The position numbers and the translations under genes are program-made. From an uncultured delta proteobacterium (lineage in GTDB: Bacteria > Desulfobacterota > Binatia > UBA9968), in NCBI GenBank assembly GCA_963745035.1, contig CAVUVW010000014.1, forward strand, positions 864,001 through 928,000: 64,000 bases of DNA, written 5' to 3'. The notes under the pieces were generated by a model. It was given only the letters and a program-made list of their open reading frames with translations. It ran no database searches and was not told where the DNA came from. How positions within the stretch are numbered: position 1 is the stretch's first letter; every line of letters begins with the position of its first letter. Below are positions 58,105 through 64,000 of the stretch, one piece after another.

Positions 58105-60324
58105 ATGGCGAAGCGAGAGCTCAAGTACGTCGGTCGAAGCGTTGCGCGCGTGGACGGCATCGAAAAAGTCACCGGCAAGGCGAAATTCGTCGGCGACCTT
58201 GTCGTTCCGGGCATGCTCCACGGCAAGATCTTACGGAGCCCGTATCCGCACGCGCGCATTCGCGCGATCGATGCCAGACAGGCCGAAGAACTGCCGGGCG
58301 TGGTCGCGGTGCTGACCGCTGCGGACATCTCCGACCTGAATCCGATCTACAACGGCCGGCCGGTGATCGCCATGGAAAAAGCGCGCTACGCCGGCGAGCC
58401 GGTGGCGGCGGTCGCCGCCGTGGACCTGGCGAGCGCGGAAGAGGCGCTCGCGCAGATTCAAGTCGATTACGAAGAGCTGCCGGCGGTGAGCGGCATCGAG
58501 GCGGCGCTTCGGAGCGGCGCGCCGGTGATCCATGAGGACAAGGCGGGAAACATCGGCACCCACGAGAAAGTCGTCCGCGGCAACGCCGACGAAGGCTTTG
58601 CCCAGTCCGACGAGGTCGTCGAAGACACCTTCACATTTCCGATGGTCTACCACTACGCGATGGAGCCGCACTCGGTCATCGCTCACTACGGCGACGACGA
58701 GATCACGGTGTGGTCCTCGGCGCAGCACCCGTTTCAGGTGCGCGGCGACATCGCGAAGATTTTCAAGGTGCCGCAGGCCAGAGTGCGCCTGGTGATCAAC
58801 TATCTCGGCGGCGGCTACGGCAGCAAGTCGTACACGAAATTCGAGCCGCTGGTGGTGGCCTTGGCGCGCAAGGCTAAGCAGCCGGTGCGCATCTGCAACT
58901 CGGTCGGCGAATCGATGGTGACCGTGCGCCGCCACGGCGCGCGTGTGCGCATCAAGACCGGCGTCAAACGGGACGGCACCATCCTGGCGCGCGAAGCGGA
59001 GATCTATCTCGATACCGGCGGCTACGACGACAACGGCCCGCAGGTAACGGCGCGCTCGGCGACGCGGGTGCTGGGCCCCTACTGGATTCCAAATATTCGC
59101 ACCGACGCGTACCAAGTTTACACCAACACCGGCTCGGCCGGTTCCTACCGCGCCATCGGCGCGCCCCAGGTGATCTACGCCGGCGAATCGCAGATCGAGA
59201 TGATCGCGGCGAAGATCGGCATGGACCCCGCCGAGCTGCGCATGAAAAATCTCCTCAAGAGGGGGCAGGAGCTTCGCCCGGGTCTAAAGGGCATCGACGC
59301 CGATCTGCCGGCGACGCTCAAGAGCCTGGTGCGCGCAAGCGGCTGGAAGAAGACGCGCAAAAAAAGCGGCGCGGCGCTCGGCATGGGCTGCGCGATCACC
59401 AACGCCGGAGCGACCCCGGTGTCGGTGGCGATGATCCGCATGCAATCGGACGGCATCGCCAACATCGCCGCGGGCAGCACGGAAATGGGGCAAGGCGTGC
59501 GCACGACGTTGACGCAAATCGCCGCGGAGGAATTGACCCTGCCGATGGAAAGCTTTCGCATGCTCGGCGCCGATACGAGAACGACGCCGTACGACAGCTC
59601 CACCGGATCGAGCCGTTCGACGACCTTGATGGGCACGGCGGTGCAAAAAGCGGCGCGCGACCTGAAACGGCAATTCATCACCATCGGCGCGCAGGCAATC
59701 GGAGTCAGGCCGAGCCAGGTGCGCGTCGAGGAAGGCGCGCTGATTTGCGGCGAGTCACGACTTACCTTTAAAGAAGCGTTCGAGCGGCGTTTCGGCAAAG
59801 GGTCCGGCGGCGAAATGATCGGGCGCGGCGAAGCCGGCCCGGAAATTACCGACAACAAGCTGCCGGTATTTTGGGAAGTCGGCATGGGCGCCGCCGAGGT
59901 CGCCGTCGATCGCGAGACCGGCGAAGTGAAGCTCAAGAAATTTATCTCCGTCGCCGACGTCGGCAAAGCGATTCATCCCGAGCACTGTGTCGCCCAGGAA
60001 GAGGGTGCGGCGATGCAGGGGATCGGCCACACGTTTTTTGAGCAGCTCATCTACGACAATGGCCAGCTCATCAATCCGAATCTGGTCGATTACCGCGTGC
60101 CGACTTTCGCCGACGTGCCGGAGGAATTCCACACGGCGTTGGTGGAAAACGGCGACGGCCCCGGACCATTCGGCGTGCGCGGCATGGCCGAGGGCGGCAT
60201 CCTTTCGGTGGCACCGTCGGTGTGCAACGCCATCGACCGCGCCACCGGGGTGCGCATCCGCGATTTGCCGCTGACTCCCGAGCGCGTTTGGCGTGCGCTC
60301 AAGGACGCGGGCAAGCAGCGATAG
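58105..60324 (+). CDS. Xanthine dehydrogenase family molybdopterin-binding subunit
   Basis: RVDGIEKVTG, ILRSPYPHA, MEPH, GGGYGSK, YRAIG, EMGQG, GPFGVRGMAEG. Confidence 0.95.
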   Translation: MAKRELKYVGRSVARVDGIEKVTGKAKFVGDLVVPGMLHGKILRSPYPHARIRAIDARQAEELPGVVAVLTAADISDLNPIYNGRPVIAMEKARYAGEPVAAVAAVDLASAEEALAQIQVDYEELPAVSGIEAALRSGAPVIHEDKAGNIGTHEKVVRGNADEGFAQSDEVVEDTFTFPMVYHYAMEPHSVIAHYGDDEITVWSSAQHPFQVRGDIAKIFKVPQARVRLVINYLGGGYGSKSYTKFEPLVVALARKAKQPVRICNSVGESMVTVRRHGARVRIKTGVKRDGTILAREAEIYLDTGGYDDNGPQVTARSATRVLGPYWIPNIRTDAYQVYTNTGSAGSYRAIGAPQVIYAGESQIEMIAAKIGMDPAELRMKNLLKRGQELRPGLKGIDADLPATLKSLVRASGWKKTRKKSGAALGMGCAITNAGATPVSVAMIRMQSDGIANIAAGSTEMGQGVRTTLTQIAAEELTLPMESFRMLGADTRTTPYDSSTGSSRSTTLMGTAVQKAARDLKRQFITIGAQAIGVRPSQVRVEEGALICGESRLTFKEAFERRFGKGSGGEMIGRGEAGPEITDNKLPVFWEVGMGAAEVAVDRETGEVKLKKFISVADVGKAIHPEHCVAQEEGAAMQGIGHTFFEQLIYDNGQLINPNLVDYRVPTFADVPEEFHTALVENGDGPGPFGVRGMAEGGILSVAPSVCNAIDRATGVRIRDLPLTPERVWRALKDAGKQR

Positions 60325-60335
60325 CCGGCGCGAGC

Positions 60336-60845
60336 ATGAAATCCTCCGGCGCGATCCCCGGATTTCGCATCCACGCGGCCACCAAAGCCGACATCCCGGT
60401 CATTTTATCGTTCATCAAGAAGCTCGCCGATTACGAACGGTTATCGCACGAGGTCGTGGCGACGGAAGATTTGCTGCGAGAGACTCTCTTCGGCGCGCGC
60501 CGCAACGCCGAGGTGGTGCTCGGCTACTATAAAAGCCAGGCGGTGGGCTTCGTGCTGTTTTTTCACAACTACTCGACATTTCTTGGCCGGCCGGGAATCT
60601 ATATCGAAGATCTTTTCGTCGACGAGACGTTTCGCCGGCGCGGCTTTGGCGGCGCATTGCTGCGCCACGTGGCGCAGCTCGCCAAACAGCGAAAGTGCGG
60701 TCGCCTGGAATGGTCGGTGCTGGATTGGAACGAGCCGGCGATTCAGTTCTATCGAAAACTCGGCGCGGCGCCGATGAGCGAGTGGACTGTGTTCCGGCTG
60801 ACGGGCGAGGCGCTCACCAAGTTTGCCGACAGCGGAGAAAGTTAG
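60336..60845 (+). CDS. GNAT N-acetyltransferase (SSAT/diamine-like)
   Basis: LADYERL, FHNYSTFLGRPGIYIEDLFV, LEWSVLDWNEPAIQFY. Confidence 0.93.
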   Translation: MKSSGAIPGFRIHAATKADIPVILSFIKKLADYERLSHEVVATEDLLRETLFGARRNAEVVLGYYKSQAVGFVLFFHNYSTFLGRPGIYIEDLFVDETFRRRGFGGALLRHVAQLAKQRKCGRLEWSVLDWNEPAIQFYRKLGAAPMSEWTVFRLTGEALTKFADSGES

Positions 60846-60914
60846 CCTGCCTGCGCGCGTGCTCAACAATCCGGTCGCTGAATTCTCATACCCCGCGGCT
60901 TGGCGTCGGTCGGT

Positions 60915-61577
60915 TCACCGCTGTTGGAAAGGCACCGTTATTTTGATTTCCGTGCCTTTCCCCGGCGCGCTGTGAAAGTCGATCTCGCCGCCGATTTTTC
61001 GAATCCGTTCGTGCATGCCGCGCAAACCGTAATGCCCGCTGCCTTCGCCGGCGCCGCTCTCGAAGCCGACGCCGTTGTCGCGCAGGCTCGCCTCGCAGCC
61101 TTGCGCAGTGGTTTTGAGCGCCAGATGTAGCTCGGTGGCGCGGGAATGGCGCACGGCGTTCAAGATTCCTTCGCGCAAAGTAAAGTAGAGCTCGCGCTCG
61201 ATCGCCGGCGGCAAGTTGTGGGCGCCGACGGCGCATTGGAAGTCGAGCTTAAATCCGGTGCGGGTGCGAAAGATTTCCAGCTCCTGTTTCAGCCGTCTTT
61301 CGAGGGAGCCGGCTTGAAGCTCCTCGGGATCTTGGTTTTCGGTGAGCAGGTTGCGGATTTCAATGATCGCTTTGTCGATGGTCTCTTCAATCGCTTGAAG
61401 CTCGCGCTCCAACGCCGGCGGGTTGCGGAGCAGTTGGCGGCGGGAGCTCTCGGCACGCAGCCGCGCGCCGGAAAGCTGCTGGAGCACGCGGTCGTGCAGC
61501 TCGCGGGAGATGCGCTGCCGCTCTTCTGCTACCGCATCGGTCGTAGCGCGCGCTCGCTTATCGGGCTTTTTTTCCAA
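60915..61577 (-). CDS. Histidine kinase core (HisKA_3 + HATPase) with no sensor domain
   Basis: RBS GGAGG and TTG start. ERQRISRELHD, EGILNAVRHS, DNGVGF, GLRGMHER, GKGT. Confidence 0.88.
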   Translation of the reverse strand: MEKKPDKRARATTDAVAEERQRISRELHDRVLQQLSGARLRAESSRRQLLRNPPALERELQAIEETIDKAIIEIRNLLTENQDPEELQAGSLERRLKQELEIFRTRTGFKLDFQCAVGAHNLPPAIERELYFTLREGILNAVRHSRATELHLALKTTAQGCEASLRDNGVGFESGAGEGSGHYGLRGMHERIRKIGGEIDFHSAPGKGTEIKITVPFQQR

Positions 61578-61671
61578 GGTCCTCCAAGACGGCGGTCGCG
61601 CGGGCTCTCGACCTCTGACCGGACTCGCCGGGAACGCTCAACGCCGCGCGAGAAATCGGCGGCGCTCGTCA

Positions 61672-62391
61672 TCAGGCTGTTACTGTTAAGTGTCGCGCCA
61701 AGAATTCCAACGTTCTCGGCCACGAAGCTTCGTCAGCATGGCGGCGATAACTTTCCTTCGTATTGTCCAAAAAGGCGTGGCCGGCGTTCTCGTAGGAATA
61801 AAATTCATGGGGCTTGCCGAGCTTTTTAAGCTCCTCGTCGAGCTTCGTCATATCCTGCGGCGAAGGATTGCCGTCGTCGGCGCCGAAGTGGCCTTGGACC
61901 GGGCAATGGATGTCTCGGGTGCGCTCGAAAGGCGAGGGAAGATCGCGCCCCCAAGCGCGAAACGTGTTGCCCGGATAATAGGCGACCGCTGCCTTGAATG
62001 CCGGATTTGCCGCCGCTCCCAGATATGCCAAGCGCCCGCCCATGCAGAAGCCGATGATGCCGAGCCGGTTCACGTCGGCGTTGCCCTGGCGCTGGAGGAA
62101 TGCAATGGTCGCCGCCATGTCGTTGATGATGCGCCGATCGCTCAGGCGCGAGCGGCGCGCGGCGATGTCGTCTGTGCAATCCGGGCCGTCGCGATGATAC
62201 AGATCCGGCGCCGCCGCCAGGTAACCCGCCCGCGCCAGCCGCTCGGTCGCTTGCTGGAGGAACTCGTCGACGCCGCCCTGGTGCTGCATGACGAGCAGCG
62301 CCGGAAATGGGCCGGCACCCGGCGGCGCGCCGAGATAGATGCGCATCGCGCTGCCGTCGCAATCGGTTTCCCGCCAAATCGAACTAGTCAT
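61672..62391 (-). CDS. Dienelactone hydrolase family protein
   Basis: APDLYHR, GFCMGG, FGADD, AGHAF. Confidence 0.92.
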   Translation of the reverse strand: MTSSIWRETDCDGSAMRIYLGAPPGAGPFPALLVMQHQGGVDEFLQQATERLARAGYLAAAPDLYHRDGPDCTDDIAARRSRLSDRRIINDMAATIAFLQRQGNADVNRLGIIGFCMGGRLAYLGAAANPAFKAAVAYYPGNTFRAWGRDLPSPFERTRDIHCPVQGHFGADDGNPSPQDMTKLDEELKKLGKPHEFYSYENAGHAFLDNTKESYRRHADEASWPRTLEFLARHLTVTA

Positions 62392-62595
62392 CGGATCCTC
62401 ATCATTAAAAAGCTGCCGTGTAACGCAGTCGCTCGTGGCTGTCAAGCTGGAAAACCGCGGCTGGCAGTTCAGTTGAAGAAAGATCTCTCACTTCGTGCGA
62501 CATGCGCTATTTCTCGTCGTTCGGAACGGATGCGAGGAATCGTTCCCATGCGCCAATTCGCAACGAACTCAAACCGAATTACTAGCAAACCCCGG

Positions 62596-63294
62596 CTAGC
62601 CGATCAGATCGAGTAGCGCTTGCAAGCTCGCGACCCGATCGCCATCGTTCGCATCCGCCGGCGCGCGGCGGTCGACGAGGACGGCGCGCAGGCCGGCGTC
62701 ACGCGCGCCGCGCCGGTCGTTGATCTCGCTGTCGCCGACGTGCAGTCCATCTTCCGGCCTGAGCCGGTGATGCTCCAACGCGATGTGAAAAATTTTTGGA
62801 TCGGGTTTGGCGTAGCCGACGCGGCTCGATACGAAGATGTGATGGAAAAACGCGCCGGCGCCCAGGCCGTGCAGGATCGGCGTCAAGCGCGAATCGAAAT
62901 TTGAGATCACGCTCAATTGCAGGCCGCGCCGGCTAAGCGCCGCCAAGGTATCGAGCACTTCCGGGTAAAGGCTCCAGGCGCCGGGCGCCGCAAAGTAGGC
63001 GAACAGCTCGTCGAAAAAGTCATCGAATTTTTTGAATCGCCCGCAGGGCTCGAATACCCGGGCAACCACGGTCCTCCACCAATCGCGCTCGAGCACGCCG
63101 ACCGCGTCGTCGGCCGCGCCGGGAAACGCCAACCGCGGCGCGTCGGCGAAGCAACCGCGGAAGCGTTCGGAAAGATCGGCCGGCGAAACCTTGACGCCGT
63201 GGCGTGCCGCGAAGATGGCGTAACTCTCGCCCACGCCGCGGACGGGCTTGAACAAGGTTCCGGCGGCATCAAAAAAAACCGCTTGGATGGTCAT
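62596..63294 (-). CDS. HAD-IA family hydrolase (REG-2-like)
   Basis: FFDAAGTL, ISNFDSRL, KPDPKIF, HVGDS..ND..GA. Confidence 0.92.
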   Translation of the reverse strand: MTIQAVFFDAAGTLFKPVRGVGESYAIFAARHGVKVSPADLSERFRGCFADAPRLAFPGAADDAVGVLERDWWRTVVARVFEPCGRFKKFDDFFDELFAYFAAPGAWSLYPEVLDTLAALSRRGLQLSVISNFDSRLTPILHGLGAGAFFHHIFVSSRVGYAKPDPKIFHIALEHHRLRPEDGLHVGDSEINDRRGARDAGLRAVLVDRRAPADANDGDRVASLQALLDLIG

Positions 63295-63360
63295 GGCGTG
63301 GGTGGGCTCAGACGCTCGCTCCAATTGCAACGACGCTAGCATGCTTTATAATTAAAATCG

Positions 63361-63951
63361 ATGCAGGGAAAAGACGCGCTGATCGTCGTCGACGTGCAGA
63401 ACGATTTTTGTCCCGGCGGGGCGTTGGGCGTCGAGGGCGGCGACAAGATCGTTCCGATCCTGAACGGCTACATTAATCGATTCGCGGCGGCGGGGCTGCC
63501 AATCGTCGTTACGCGCGACTGGCATCCGCGACAAACCAGTCATTTCAAGGACTACGGCGGAGTGTGGCCGGTCCATTGTGTGCAGAACACGCCCGGCGCG
63601 GAGTTTCACCGGGATCTCAAGCTGCCCCCAAACTCAATTCTGGTTTCCAAGGGCTTGGGCGCGGACGAAGACGCATACTCGGCGTTTCAGGCAGCGGATG
63701 ATGCGGGAGCGCCGCTTGCCAAGCTGCTGCGCGGTCTCGGGGTCGGTCGAATCTTTGTCGGCGGTCTGGCGACCGACTATTGCGTGAAGCACACGGCACT
63801 CGACGGCCTGCGCGAAGGTTTCGCGGTGGTCGTACTCGGCGATGCGATCCGCGGCGTCGATCTTCAGCCGGACGATTCGGCGAGGGCGCTGGGCGAAATG
63901 CGCGCCGCCGGCGTATCGACTCTGGCTTCGGTTGGCGCGCTGGCAATCTAG
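63361..63951 (+). CDS. pncA: Nicotinamidase/pyrazinamidase
   Basis: VDVQNDFCPGGAL, DWHP..H, WPVHCVQ, YSAF, GLATDYCV. Confidence 0.95.
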   Translation: MQGKDALIVVDVQNDFCPGGALGVEGGDKIVPILNGYINRFAAAGLPIVVTRDWHPRQTSHFKDYGGVWPVHCVQNTPGAEFHRDLKLPPNSILVSKGLGADEDAYSAFQAADDAGAPLAKLLRGLGVGRIFVGGLATDYCVKHTALDGLREGFAVVVLGDAIRGVDLQPDDSARALGEMRAAGVSTLASVGALAI

Positions 63952-64000
63952 GACGGCCCGGCGAGTTTTCCCACCGTGGCCGGCGGTTGCTCAAATCTTC

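Noticed and set aside
57951-58328. N-terminal extension of SfsA in the 357-aa ORF
   Set aside because: It overlaps the divergent Mo-subunit gene. SfsA homology begins at ATG 57950.
1-64000. CRISPR arrays, tRNA/rRNA genes, prophage, transposase or integrase genes, known defence systems
   Set aside because: No regularly spaced repeats, RNA gene signatures or matching protein motifs were seen.

Overview
A gene-dense, GC-rich bacterial window. The many stand-alone NMT1/TTT solute-binding proteins, the amidohydrolase, the solo molybdopterin subunit and the sigma-54 promoters suggest Candidatus Binatia or a similar deltaproteobacterium; this is inference only. No rRNA, tRNA, CRISPR array, integrase or transposase was seen. 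(1) 1-11.5 kb: accessory genes (MFS, VOC, SDRs, cupin/LysR, GFA, truncated guanylate-kinase-like, CHAD with a Pho-box-like array) and a degenerate attC-like site. (2) 11.6-29.6 kb: a co-oriented redox/stress island (msrB-msrA, ZIP, cupins, two dps copies, cpo, MOSC, YcaC, two pirins, UBP Zn finger, cysteine dioxygenase). It contains many gene remnants, a duplicated ~92-bp sigma-54 promoter/enhancer block, and an adenylate cyclase with a Cys-rich N-terminus and a MerT-like C-terminus. (3) 29.7-57 kb: eight solute-binding proteins without transporters, two tandem ~720-aa secreted mono-heme-c/beta-propeller paralogues followed by two cyclase-fold proteins lacking the metal-binding motif, a three-layer nested repeat, and a possible aromatic-catabolic group (Zn-dehydrogenase, signal-less TAXI-like protein, Tyr-less SDR, NahE-like aldolase). 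(4) 57-64 kb: sfsA, a xanthine-dehydrogenase-family large subunit, GNAT, a sensor-less histidine kinase, dienelactone hydrolase, HAD and pncA. Eleven apparent single-base frameshifts in eight genes are probably long-read errors. All family calls come from motif recognition by eye; no searches were run.
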